From positions 44,962,464 to 45,026,463 of the forward strand of contig NC_043011.1 of the NCBI RefSeq assembly GCF_006345805.1: a DNA stretch of 64,000 nt. Direction: 5' to 3'. Under the pieces are notes generated by a model. It saw only the letters and a program-made list of their open reading frames with translations, had not been told where the DNA came from and did no database searches. A program made the position numbers and the translations under genes. Positions 25,370 to 38,600 of the stretch are shown piece by piece (the first letter of the stretch is position 1; each line of letters opens with the position of its first letter). The DNA comes from Octopus sinensis (lineage: Eukaryota).

Positions 25370-25600
25370 CTTTCTGTATATTTGTGTGTGTCTTTCTGTA
25401 TATTTGTGTGTGTGTGTGTGTGTGTGTGTCTTTCTGTATATTTGTGTCTTTCTGTTTCTGTATATTTATATTTATGTGTATGTGTGTGTCTGTTTCTGTA
25501 TATTTTTGTGTGTGTCTTTCTGTTTCTGTATGTTTCTGTGTGGTTGTGTGTGTGTGTGTGTGTCATGTACATGCACACATATTTGTGTATGAGTTTCTCT
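25150..25600. repeat. (TG)n-based minisatellite with unit (TG)n-TCTTTCTGTATATT
   Basis: Directly visible, at least 6 units. Confidence 0.9.
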
Positions 25601-25763
25601 GCATGCACGTGCATGTCTTTCTGCCTATGGATGTATGTATCTGGGTGTGTCTGAGGACGTCTGTGTGTGTGTGGTATGTTTGCAACACCTGTTCCCATCA
25701 TCATGGTCTCCACACCACTGCTACTGCCAAGACCATCAGTTATAGGTATGTCTCTTATATACA

Positions 25764-26133
25764 ACTAGCAGTATCGCCCGGCGTTGCTCGGGTTTGTAAG
25801 GGAAATAACTATAAAGCATTTTTAGAGAGTTATAGCCAAAAACTGGAAAAAAAATGATGGTAATTTTTTTTTTAGTTAAAAAGGTCGAGTTGCGTCCCCT
25901 AGACAGTCTGTGGTTTGTGTTTCTGATTCTCGACCCCATGTCGAATTTATCGATATTTTTCAGAACTGGGGGAACTTTTCAAATTTTCGCTGCGTTAGTT
26001 TTGAATTATGACATTGGGCTATGTGTGTGTCAATTTCATCAGAATCGGTTGAAAGCCGTGGTCAGGGTGAGGGTACACCTAACAGACACACAGAAACACA
26101 CACAGACAAACTGCCGTTTATATATAGAGAGAT
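25764..26133 (+). mobile_element. Helitron/Helentron-like non-autonomous element
   Basis: ACTAGCAGTATCGCCCGGCGTTGCTCGGG start, (CAGA/CACA)n near the end, terminates TTTATATATAGAGAGAT. Confidence 0.6.
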
Positions 26134-26299
26134 GCCTACTATACAGGTTGATATAATTCCCCTACACTGTATTACCATGTGTCTTGCAGGTGTGTATTTT
26201 ACTGGCTTTATTGAGGTCTTCCAGTTGTAATAACAATACTGGATGGTCACCTGGTGCTATGATGAGGTTAGCCAAGTTGCTTTATGTTGTTGTTGTCTG

Positions 26300-26680
26300 T
26301 GGAGGTGCAATGGCCCAGTGGTTAGGGCAGCAGACTCGCGGTCGTAGGATCGCGGTTTCGATTCCCAGACCAGGCGTTGTGAGTGTTTATTGAGCGAAAA
26401 CACCTAAAAGCTTCACGAGGCTCCGGCAGGGGATGGTGGTGATCCCTGCTGTACTCTTTCACCACAACTTTCTCTCACTCTTACTTCCTGTTTCTGTTGT
26501 ACCTGTATTTCAAAGGGCCGGCCTTGTCACTCTCTGTGTCACGCTGAATATCCCCGAGAACTACGTTAAGGGCACATGTGTCTGTGGAGTGCTCAGCCAC
26601 TTACACGTTAATTTCACGAGCAGGCTGTTCCGTTGATCGGATCAACCGGAACCCTCGTCGTCGTAACCGGAGTGCTTCCT
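26300..26680 (+). mobile_element. tRNA-derived SINE family C, full length
   Basis: TGGCCCAGTGGTTAG (A box) and GGTTTCGATTCCC (B box). Partial inverse copy at 62790-62985. Confidence 0.8.
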
Positions 26681-26918
26681 CCTCCTTTATGTTATTGTTA
26701 CTTAGCCCCAGTTCAAAGATAGCCTAATCACCACCATCCTATATTTCTTGATGATCATCAAAATCTTGACCAATCTTAACTTCCTGTTACAGTAAATGTA
26801 GTCTGTCGTCTGAATACTTTCTTTCCCCCTGCTTCATTAAATTATTTATCCAACACCAGAATAGAAAAGATATCAAAGAGTATTAACATGATACATGATC
26901 CAGATTTAGTAACTTTAA

Positions 26919-27139
26919 CCCTTTAGCATTTAAACCAGCCATATCCAGCCAAAAGTATTCTGCCTGTTTTATGGTCAAACTGGCTAGATCTGGTCTCTCA
27001 CACCAACCCTACAATGTCATTTTTAAAATTAACAGCTACCTCATCAAAATCTCATAGCTACAAGATAATGCATGATTAGTTCAAAACAATGTGGATAAAA
27101 AAGGATTAACTTTGGCAGAATAACGTGAACACTAAAGGG
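26919..27139. mobile_element. piggyBac-like MITE
   Basis: TTAA|CCCTTTAG ... CTAAAGGG|TTAA: 8-bp TIRs with a TTAA target duplication. Relatives at 49143, 49347 and 52330. Confidence 0.75.
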
Positions 27140-29599
27140 TTAAAAACTGTCAGTAATAATCTGCAATACAACCAAAAAAGGCATGGCTTCTCTCAGGAAC
27201 TGGGTGCTACTTTTCACTTGCTCTGTAGTTCATATCCACCATGCTGCATCTTGTGACTTCAATGTAACCATGGCATGCATTTTTAAATTTTTTATTTTAA
27301 TGTCTGGTGTGTCAGGAAATGATTGAGGACCAACAACTGCACTAAACTCTCACAGGTAACCATACCTCTCTCCAGATGATGTGATGACACCTGTTAATTC
27401 TGACAGCCAAGCAGGGTTAGAAGTTTCACTCCAGAAATACGGCACATTGCTACTGTTTACCAATTGTGATGTAACAAAATAAATACATGATTATACACAC
27501 ACAAACACATACACGCATCCACATGCATATATATACACACTTGTGCATCCACACACATGCATACATATGTATACACGCACACATACATACGCATGTGCTC
27601 ATACTTACATCTACTCACACTGACATACACACAGACCCACTTTTGACTAGAAATGATAATTATAGACCTTAATTTTCTAGTGAGTTATTAATTACTGGTG
27701 GAAATATATTAAAGACCCAATCACCCACCGACTAACCCACACCCTTTCTATTTAGTTTTATAAAATACAAAAAAATTGAGGTTAACAGCATGGGAAGGTT
27801 TTTTTTTGTCAATCACTAGAATTACTAAAAAATAATAATTCGGGGAAGATACTCAGCAGAAATGGAAGCCAAATTGAAAGAAGAAAATAATAATTTTTTT
27901 TTAGTCAGATTTGGGGTAGGGACATGATGGATAAGAGTATAGCTAATTGATAGGTCTTCCTGTACTTGACCTGTACTTCTTTACCCAACCCTCTTCAACT
28001 TAGAGTTCAGGGGTGAGCTATGTTGCACGAGGGCACCTTATCAGTTCTCTCACTTCTTATTGTCCTGATGATGATGATCATCATCATCGTTTAACATCCG
28101 CTTTCCATGCTAGCATGGGTTGGACGATTTTGACTGAGGGCTGGCAAACCAGATGGCTGCACCATAATAATGATGATTGTTACTCTTTTACTTGTTTCAA
28201 TCATTTGACTGTGGCCATGCTGGAGCACCACCTTTAGTCGAGCAAATCAACCCCAGGACTTATTCTTTGTAAGCCTAGTACTTATTCTATCAGTCTCTTT
28301 TGCTAAACCGCTAAGTTACAGGGATGTAAACACACCAGCATCGGTTGTTAAGTGATGTTGGGGGGACAAACACACACATAAACACACACACACACACACA
28401 TATATATACGACAGGCTTCTTTGAGTTTCTGTCTACCAAATCCACTCAGAAGGCTTTGGTTGGCCCGAGGCTATAGTAGAAGACTCTTGCCCAAGGTGCC
28501 ACACAGTGGGACTGAACCCAGAACCATGTGGCTGGTAAGCAAGCTACTTACCACTCCTATGCCTAGAATATTTAAAAACAGATTGTTGTGGACACCCCAC
28601 TCACACTAGTCATCGTTGAGATCCTTTGGGTTTGATGTCTGGTTGTGACCCACTGGTCTTGTGCTCCTGATATACATTGCTTCTCTTTTAAGTTGAGGAC
28701 AATTGCATACTCCGACATGGAGTGGTTTGTATCTGCATTGTGTGCAGTGTGGTGAGCAATGTAGAAGTCTGGACATGGTGGTGGTTGTGGTGTTTCCTTA
28801 TTCACTAATGGTGGCTATTTTTGTAGATGGTTGAGAGATGTGTTGGGGGTGGGGGGAGCATTAAACCTTTTTCACCATATTTCTATTGAAAGTTTTTTTT
28901 AAAAAAAGAAAAGAAAAGAAAATCACCCTGGTCCCTACATGCAAAGTTAAGCCTTCAATAAGCACTATGTACTACTGAAACTGGGGTGCATCTAATATGC
29001 CCATGTCTTAAATTAATTAATTTTGAAAATGAAGAATTTTGTAAAATAATTTGGTCATTATTAAGCTTGGGTGTGAGGTAGCATGCTGGCAGGATTGTTT
29101 GCGCACCAGGCAAAATGCTTAGCAGCACTTTGTCTGCCTTTCTTTTGAGTTCAAATTCTGCCGAGTGTGACTTTGCCTTTCATCCTTTCAGGGTCAATAA
29201 AATAAGTACCAGTTATTCAGTGGGGTTGATGTAATTGATCCCTTAAACTGCTGGCCTTGTGCTGAAATTTGAAACCATTATTAAGCTGGAGTTTGAAACC
29301 TACATTAACATGAAAGGTTTTAATTCAGACCACTTTCAAACAGAAAATTTGTATCAGAGAACCAAGGGTGTTCTTTGGTAAATTTCTTTTTGACCCTAAG
29401 AAGGATTAAACAGAAATTTGCCCATGATATGGTGTGTGCTGACATTGTAGTACAGGGATGAGGAAACTTTTTCGTAGGAGGTACAAATTGCAAAAACATA
29501 AGAACTTGTGCTGAGAAGAATATTAAATCTTCAGTTTTACTAATTCCTTGATATGTAACTTATATTCACCCTTTAGCATTTAGATTAATAAAAAAATAA

Positions 29600-29820
29600 T
29601 AAATGCATCCTTTAAAACCTAGCCAGGCTCATGGACCCGGTTTCAATGGCGTATGTGTTCCCCAGCTGGACGGGACGCCAATCCATCGCAGTGTTACCCC
29701 TTTTTGCCAGCTGAGTGGACTAGAGCAACGTGAAATAAAGTGTTTCGCTCAAGAACACAATGCATCGCCCGGTCCAGGAATAGAAACCACAATCTTACGA
29801 TCATGATGCTGACACCCAAA
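29600..29820 (-). mobile_element. tRNA-derived SINE family D (V-SINE-like central motif)
   Basis: Minus strand: tRNA head, TTCTTGAGCGAAACAC, GATGGATTGGCGTCCCGTCCAG. Copies at 47575-47830 (-) and 51590-51780 (+). Confidence 0.65.
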
Positions 29821-31734
29821 CTGTTTTTCTCACAGTGCCCAACCGACCCTACTCTACTGTGTAGTCAACAAAAACAACCAACATGCATGCATGAAATTAA
29901 ATATAAAATGGTGACAATTTACCCATTTCACCTTGTGTATATATATCTACATGTATGTATGCACGTAAAAGCACCGACTATGCTCTCGGAGTGGTTGGCG
30001 TTAGGAAGGGCATCCAGCTGTAGAAACTTTGCCAGATCATATTGAAGCCTGGTACAGCCATCTGGTTCGCCAGTCCTCAGTCAAATCATCCAACCCATGT
30101 TAGCATCGAAAGCGGGCGTTAAACGATGATGAGGATGTGCCTGTGTGTGTACAGGCAAGTCTGTTTAGGCACTTTAGAGTGCGCACATCCAGACATGTAT
30201 GTATGTATTATGTCTTGACATGAAGGTGAGTCTTCAAATGAATGTGTATCGTGTACATAAGTGTATGATGTGACAACAATTCTACAAGTATATGCTTTCA
30301 ATGAAGCTAAGCTGGTGGGTGTTAACTACTGTTGTCTACACAGCAACCTATGTATGTTTGTTTTTCAATAATGACAATGTATACATTGATAATAGTTTAT
30401 CCAGTTGATGACAGCATGAATATAGTAAGTCCTATGCTGCGTGAGAGCAACACATGTTGAGAGATCAGTGAGTGTCCCTGCTTTGAGGACGATAATGCAG
30501 TGTTTAGTTAGTTGGTATACCTCTTGATATCACAGCTTACTAATCATTGATCGGTTGACGAGAATTTAATTTAGTGGCCAACAAAAATCGCGACTTGGGT
30601 CTTGGTCTTTCATATATAAATGTAGGCACAGGCCTAGCTGCTTGGTAAAAAGTTTGTTTCCCAATCACATGAATCCAGGTTCAGTTCCACTGTGTCGCAC
30701 TTTGGACAAATGTCTTCTGCTATAGTCACAGACTGACCAAGGCCTTGTGAGTGGATTTAGTAGACGGAAACTGAAAGCAGTCTGTCATATACATACATAT
30801 GCGTGTGTCCCACCACTACTTGACAACCAGCATTGGTCTGGTTACATCCCCTGTAACATAGAGTAAGTACCAGGCTTTTAAAAAGTTAAATGCTGGGATT
30901 GATTTGTTCAACTAAAACCCTTTAAGGCAGTGTCTCAGGATGGCTACAGTCCAATGACTGAAATAAATAAAAGATACCCACTTACCTTTGATAAATACTT
31001 ATACAAGCCAAGCAAGGAGCCTCTAAGCAGTCATTTAACCTGCTAGAAGTACCAGCCAAAACCTCCCTGCTCTTCTTTTAGTTACTTCTAATACTTCACT
31101 GGAGCCAATGACAGCTTCTGTGTCAATTGATCTGCTTGAAAGTGCAGCCAAATCTCCTTCAAATCACATGCTACTCTCTTAATAAGGAAGGTAATTATCA
31201 GTAATTATCAGAAGGTAATTAAAAATACCCTCTTTCTTGATATACTCTCTGATAAAAAGACCACATGTTCTCAGCCTGAATGTCTTTGATCATAAGTTTC
31301 TTCATTCAGGTTGACCTGGGGCTAAATTAATTTTATTTTTGTTTTATGTTATTTGATATTAAACTGAAGTCGAGCAAGGGTTATTAGTTATAGACAATCT
31401 TCTTAAGAGCTTTTATCTACTGTACTTTGCTGACAAGGTATAGGTCAACCTGAAGCTGTGGTTGACATTTGCCAAAGGTGCAATGGGGTTGAACCCAGGA
31501 CCATATACTTGAAATATGCCTTTTTTTTTATATGTGGAAAGAAATAAGTATACTGTGAAGTAAAGAACAACAGTGAAGGACTAATATCATGTTATCAGCA
31601 AACAAGGGCTACAAATCTGGACATGTTTTCAGCTTATTTAAACCTCATCAGTGAAGCATAACCTTCTAGTTAGCTCAGTTCAGTCTTGTGTTTGCTTGAG
31701 AAATACAATCAATATTAGACCAAAATTAATAAGA

Positions 31735-32010
31735 AATTCCACTGCTGATGCACTTTCACCTTGCTTCTTAATGGACTGATAACTTCTTCGTTTCTTAAAT
31801 CTCATAGACCATCCTTGACTTGCCTTGAACTCTACATCTTTCTCATCTGGATATTTTTTCTTCAGGTCCTCAAAGACAATGCTTTCTCTTGAATGATTTC
31901 TTGACCAATAGTAGCATGCTAACAATTCAACCTAACAATCCAAAGAGAAAGAAGACTTACCATTTCTTCAAAGGGTTTCGCCTCTTATTGATGGGGCTTC
32001 AGATTTGTTA
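31735..32010 (-). pseudogene. Tigger/pogo transposase relic (CENP-B-type HTH region)
   Basis: Frame-shifted translation EMVSLLSLWI..*..IGQEIIQEKAL / FEDLKKKYPDEKDVEFKASQGWSMRFKKR..IKKQGESASA. Confidence 0.7.
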
Positions 32011-32084
32011 TGTACTAAAATCTTGTCCTTATTATGTACAATCGTTCATACAGTTGTCCAACTCATCCCAAAAGATCGTGCAAC

Positions 32085-32497
32085 TCTTTACTCTTTTACT
32101 TGTTTCAGTCATTTGACTGCGGCCATGCTGGAGCACCGCCTTTAGTCGAGGAAATCGACCCCGGGACTTATTCTTTGTAAGCCCAGTACTTATTCTATCG
32201 GTCTCTTTTTGCCGAACCGCTAAGTGACGGGGACGTAAACACACCAGCATCGGTTGTCAAGCAATGCTAGGGAGACAAACACAGACACACAAACACACAC
32301 ACATACATACATATATATATATATATACATATATATGACAGGCTTCTTTCAGTTTCCGTCTACCAAATCCACTCACAACGCATTGGTCGGTCCGGGGCTA
32401 TAGCAGAAGACACTTGCCCAAGATGCGACGCAGTGGGACTGAACCCGGAACCATGTGGTTGGTTAGCAAGCTACTTACCACACAGTCACTCCTGCTA
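32085..32497 (-). mobile_element. SINE family A, full length, CpG-intact (young)
   Basis: Clean reverse complement of the family A consensus. Confidence 0.9.
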
Positions 32498-32834
32498 CTA
32501 CTTTTTCACCTTTATTGTGGCATTTTATCATAGCCAGTTTATCTTCCAGCATTATAGCATGACGCTTAGCACTTTCACTGTGAATTTTCTTAGAAGCGAT
32601 GGGGGGCAAAAAATAAAGTCACAAATGAATGAGAATAAGAAAGTAGCCGATAAACAGATGTAAACAAATCTGAATTCAAAGCAATCGTGGGAATTACGAG
32701 TAACAATGACACCTAACAGTAGATATTGGAACTACAGTGCAATATGAGTTCCGAAAGACCGATAAATAAGACAACACAACTAATTTCATGATTTCATTCA
32801 CTAAACTACACTACTTTATGGTGTGTATCTTAAC

Positions 32835-33503
32835 GGGTATCTTGGTGGATTCCTCCTTTTCGCCTTCAGCCCAGTGCGTCCATGCTGCCAACAAAGCACG
32901 CGGAATTCTGTTCTTGATTCGACGGTCATTCGGAATGCTCACAGCAGCCATATTCCTACCACTCTATGTCACACTGGTGAGACCCATATTGGGGTATGGG
33001 ATTCAAGCCTCTTCTCCTTATCTCCTCAAAGACATACAGCATCTCGAAAGAGTCCAGAAGCTGGCTACCCGCATGGTTCATGGTCTCAAAAATTTGTCCT
33101 ACGAAGAAAGGCTGAGGACGCTCGACCTTTATTCTCTTGAAAAACGCTGCCGCCGTGGTGATCTCATTCTCGCCCACAACATCATAAGCGGAAAGTGTAA
33201 CCTCTCGAAAGAGCTGTTCTTCACTCCTGCTCCAGAGCGTCGGCTGCGGGGTCATTCCGAAAAGCTCTACCTGCGACGATTTTATCTCAATCGAAGGAGA
33301 GGAGCTTTCTCCGTCCGGGTTGCGGATCCGTGGAACAAGCTGCCAGACGAGATGGTGAAGATGCCGACGACCGCTTTGTTCAAAGCCTCCCTGGACCTCA
33401 AGTGGCCTGAACTCTTTACATGAACACCACCCTGTACTTAACTCCATGTCCCCCTACATGGCCTTGCTATTTGCTTTTGAGCCAAATTAACTAACTAACT
33501 AAC
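32835..33503 (+). mobile_element. 5'-truncated CR1/L2-clade LINE (C-terminal ORF2 plus (CTAA)n tail)
   Basis: Open frame LYVTLVRPILGYG...LERVQKLATRMV.GL..LSYEERL..L.LYSLE.R..RGDLI...AFSVRVADPWNKLP, stop at 33423, tail CTAACTAACTAAC. Confidence 0.9.
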
Positions 33504-33744
33504 ATTTACTGTACATATTTTAATATGATTGTATATGCTTTTATTCTTATTTATTGTACGGTAACATGATTTTGTGCTTTTAACGGTTTTCTATTGATTT
33601 TACAATTCCAATATTTGTGGTGGACAGATGTAAAGTTGAGTAAAATGACTTAACTTGATTTTTATTTTTCCATATATTTTTTGAAAACCAATGTATAATT
33701 GAGAACGACTTAAATCGAAAAGACTTGAGCCGAGGTATGCCTCT

Positions 33745-34840
33745 TTTACTTGTTTCAGTCATTTGGCTGTGGCCATGCTGGAGCACAGCCTTTAGTCAAG
33801 CAAATTGATCCCATGACTTATTCATTGGAAGCCTAGTACTTATTCTATTGGTCCCTTTTGCCGAACCGCTAAGTTACGGGGATGTAAACTGAGCAGCATC
33901 GGTTGTCAAGCCATGTTGGGGGGACAAACATAGACACACAAACACACACACACATATATATACTAGCATTAAAGACCCGTCGTTGCTGGGTCATAGTGCT
34001 AGTGCATGTATATATGTGTATATATATGTGTACATATTACATGTACATCTATATATATACATCTACACATAAAATGCAAAATACAAAGTTATATCTTGAT
34101 ATCGCTAGTGATAACAATACTCAAAATATATAACAGACTGGAATTGTTAGCTCTTCTCTTTTCTCTACATTGTATACTTTATAGACAATAGTCTTTTCTT
34201 TAATTTAATTTTTTATTATCCATCTGAACTATTCCATTTCTGCACGCTAATTTTATTTTTAATTCAATTCCCATTCATGTGAAACCACTTGTTCAAATCA
34301 TTGATGCAATTTTATACCAATTGCTATTTTTACTTATATTATACTTTAGTTTGATTTTAATTATTACTTACTACATATAATTCAATTGTTATTATTATTT
34401 TTATTGTTAAAGTGAAAGTATCTGACATAAAATAGAGAAATATTTTTGTTTCACTTTTAACATGTAATACTGAAACAGTGGAGAAGATATGATATTGCTA
34501 TGGGCTCGCTCTAGGCAAGAAGTTGAACATTTTTTTTGCCCATGAAACTACATGGACCCTAAGTAAGGCATGTGTAAAATTTGAATGAAATTGGTTGTGT
34601 AGTTCTCGAGTTTTAGGGAAACACACAGACAGACAGACAGACACACATTCTCAGTTTTATATATATAAAGATATACGACGGGCTTCTTTCAGTTTCCGTC
34701 TACCGAATCCACTCACAAGGCTTTAGTTGGCCTGAAGCAATAGTAGAAGACACTTGCCCAAGGTGCCACGCAGTGGGACTGAACCCGGAACCATGTGGTT
34801 CGTAAGCAAGCTACTTACCACACAGCCACTCCTACGCCTG
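33745..34840 (-). mobile_element. SINE family A split by a Helitron-like insert (33962-34672)
   Basis: SINE halves at 33745-33960 and 34672-34840. The insert starts ACTAGCATTAAAGACCCGTCGTTGCTGGG and ends (CAGA)n..CAGTTTTATATATATA. Confidence 0.7.
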
Positions 34841-36769
34841 TACATACATAATATTGCAATCTGCAATAGTCAGTAAATTAGAAATAGAATTAAAAAATTC
34901 TTTCATGTTTGGCCCAGTATCAAATGATCCAAGACCTGGTACTGGTCTGCAGTCAGGTGGTTAGGAATCCCTAGTTGAAAGGATAAGCCATGATGATGAC
35001 GATAAATGCTTTGATATATGTGGACACAAACAGGAGTACTCAGAACTAAAGATTATATGTCATTTATGTCTCAACTTTTTTATTAAAAAGTTTCTAGGTT
35101 ATATTTCCCCCTTTCAACTTTGCCTGAGTTTGTGTGTTTGTGTGCGTTTGTGAAGTGACCTGGAATATGAATGTTTTCCAGTGTGTGTGTCTACATGTGT
35201 AGAGCCACTCCTCATCACTCAAAGCCTAATATGTAGTTAGAATGTTTGTTACTATATATCATGCAATGTCCACTGTCACTGTCTTCTACCAGTGATATGA
35301 GCCAAACAACAGGAGAGCCTCTACATGGTTCTTCATTGTGCTAGAAACAGCAGCCAAATCTTCTTTAAATCATTTTTTTTTCCATATAAAAGAAAGACAT
35401 GTTGAATAAAATGGTTCTAGGTTCCGATACATTGAAAATAAGGCAATGAGATTGTAATGGATGGAATAGCATAGATCTTAGGCCTGTTTAGTCAAGGGGA
35501 ACCTAGGACTAAGCAACAGCAATGACAAAGTACATATAGTATTTCTTTACTACCCACAAGGGGCTAAACACAGAGGGGGACGAACAAGGACAGACAAACA
35601 GATTAAGTCGATTATATCGACCCCAGTGCGTAACTGGTACCTATTTAATCGACCCCGAAAGGATGAAAGGCAAAGTCAACCTCGGCGGAATTTGAACTCA
35701 GGACGTAGCGACAGACGAAATGCTGCTGAGCATTTCGCCCGGCATGCTAACGTTTCTGCCAGCTCGCCGCAGGGAGGATAGAAATAAGATAAAGATCATT
35801 TCTGTGTGTGTGTGTGTGTGTGTGTCTGTCTGTCTGTCTGTGTGAGTACAATCATGTAGGTTTTATGTTTAATTAGGCTAACCAATAAATTAAGTTAATT
35901 GTTGAAAATTGGCCTGGAAGTAGAAGACAATTACCATATTTAGCGGCTGTGTTGTGATTGCATTGGTGGTGTGATGATGATGGTAGTAGTAGTAGCGCAT
36001 GTGGCTGTTGTAGTGATGGTGGATGTTGTGGTAGTGGTGGATGGTTCTCACCCATTGAGATTCAGTTCTAACTCCTGTTGTACTCTGAGTTAGAAGTTCA
36101 TCAACAGATCTAGAATCGGAGACATTCCAGCTACTACAACCGTTACTGTTTTATCTATCTATTTCTTTTGTGTGTTTCAGTCATTTAACTGCGGTCATGC
36201 TGGAGCACTGCCTTTTAGTTGAACAAATTGCCTCCAGGACTTATTCTTTGTATGTCTACTACTTATTCTATCGGTCCCTTTTTTTGTTGAACTGTTAAGT
36301 TATGAAGACTTAAACACACCAACATCGGTTGTCAAGCAATGGTGGGGGGACAAACACACAAATACATACACACACACACACACACACGACAGACTTCTTT
36401 CAGTTTCCGTCTACCAAATCTACTCAAGGTTTTGGTTGGCCCGAGACTATAGTAGAAGACACTTACCCAAGGTGCCACACAGTGGGACTGAACCTGGAAA
36501 CATTTGATTGGGAAGCAAGCTTCTTACCACACAGCCTCTCCTGCACCTATGTATTTTTCTTTTATCCTTCTGAGATGAATAAAGTATCAGCCACATGCTG
36601 GGAGGGGGTCGATGTAATCATCTAAGTTTCCCCTTAAAACTGTGTTGTGCCTAAATTAGAAGCAACTATTAATGTGGTAGGATATGATTTGAGGTAATTT
36701 ATAGCTGGTGTTTCTAGCAGTTTGTGCTCCCTCCCTAGTGAGGATTCTGTTTCTCATAGAAGGAACAGG

Positions 36770-37390
36770 AGTGAGCTGGCAGAAACGTTAGCACACCGGG
36801 TGAAATGCTTAGCGGTATTTCGTCTGTTACATTCTGAGTTCAAATTCCGCCGAGGTTGACTTTGCCTTTCATCCTTTCGGGGTCGATAAATTAAGTACCA
36901 GTTTAAGCACTGGGGTCAATGTAATCGACTTAATCCCTTTGTCTGTTCTTGTTTCTCCCCTCTATGTTCAGCCCTTTGTGAGCAATAAAGAAATAAGAAA
37001 CGTTAGCACGCCGGGTGAAATACTTAGCAGTATTTCATCTGCCGCTACGTTCTGAGTTCAAATTCCGCCGAGGTCGACTTTGCCTTTCATCCTTTCGGGG
37101 TCGATTAAATAAATACCAGTTACGCACTGGGGTCGATATAATTGACTTGATCCGTTTGTCTGTCCATGTTTGTCTTCTCTGTGTTTAGCCCCTTGTGGGT
37201 AATAAAGAAATAAGTATTTTGTCTGCTGTTACATTCTGAGTTCAAATTCCGCCGAGGTCGACTTTGCTTTTCATCCTTTCGGGGTCGATTAAATAAATAC
37301 CAGTTACGCACTGGGGTCAATGTAATCGACTTAATCCCTTTGTTTGTCCCCTTCTGTTTAGCCCCTTGTGGGCAATAAAGAAATAACAAA
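36770..37390 (+). mobile_element. Tandem triplet of SINE family B
   Basis: TTCTGAGTTCAAATTCCGCCGAGGT(C/T)GACTTTG..TTCATCCTTTCGGGGTCGAT occurs three times, each followed by the tail ..CTTTGTG/CCTTGTG..AATAAAGAAAT. Confidence 0.85.
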
Positions 37391-38600
37391 TAAGAATGAA
37401 ATAAGAAGGAGCAGGGGTGGCTATGAAGATTGAAGGACGAGTGTGAAGGGCAAAATGTATTGCCATACTTGATAGTTAAAGATGATCTTGAACTTTTTAA
37501 ACCCTTCTGTTAGCAACCCGCCTCTAACCAATTCTAGTTCTATTGTATGAACTTCATATTCAAAATGAATTTCATGCTAATTTATGTTCCAAACACCAGA
37601 TTAACAGTGACAGAATTGTTTTACTAAATTCTTCATTCTCATGATTAACTGGAACAAAGGTAGAGTATTTTCAGCTAGAATTTGGTAACAAAATATTTAG
37701 TATGACAGTTATTTACCTACATTCTTCCTTATTTTCAAAATTTATTGAAACAAAGGTAGGGCATTTCAACCGGAATACAGTGACGAAAGGGTTGATAATG
37801 ACGAAGTTATTTAACGAAATATTTCATTATTTTAAAAATTAATCAAAACTAGGACAGTACAATAGAAATATGGTAATGAAAGGGTTGTTTAAATCTCGGT
37901 GCTAGGCTAGCAGTTTTAGGGGTAGGAGACATCGATTACATTAACCCCAGTACTTTTTTATTTTATCAACCCCAAAAGAATGAAAGGCAAAATCATTTTT
38001 GGTGGCATTTGAACTCAGAACATAAGGAACTGGAAGAAATACTTCAAAGAAATTTTTCAATGCTTTAACAATTCTGCCAGCTTGCTGCCTTCAAAAGGGT
38101 TAATAATGACAAAAGTTATTTCACCCACAAACCCAAAACAGGCACCACCATGTGGTACAAATATATTACGAGGAAGTGATATGGCAATGTTGAAGTTAGA
38201 GCTGGAGTGAGGGCAGAGATGACAACCCACGTTTAATGTACACATAACATGGTAATACTTGAGTCCGATCTGTATAGCAATGGGATCTCCATGTCGTTAT
38301 CATTAGTTTGACATCCACTTTTCTGTGTTCACATGGTTCAAGTGAAATTTTTTGTTAAGACAACTACAGCTGGATGCTCTTTCTGTCACCAACCTTCACC
38401 TATCCCTTAGCAACGATGTCAAGGCAACAAGACAGTAATGCACACACATACACACATGCTTATACACACACATACACACAATCACACTTTTTCAGTTCCT
38501 GTCCAACAGATCCACTCACACGGCTTTGGTTGGTCAGAGGGTATAGTAGAATACACTTGACCAAGGTACCTCATGCTGTGTCTGAACCTAAAACCATGCA

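Noticed and set aside
26308-26380. tRNA genes (here and at other A/B-box heads such as 45215, 51275 and 61940)
   Set aside because: No complete cloverleaf by eye; each continues into a SINE body present in multiple copies.
32956-33447. 163-aa antisense ORF
   Set aside because: It is the opposite strand of the CR1 ORF2 fragment.
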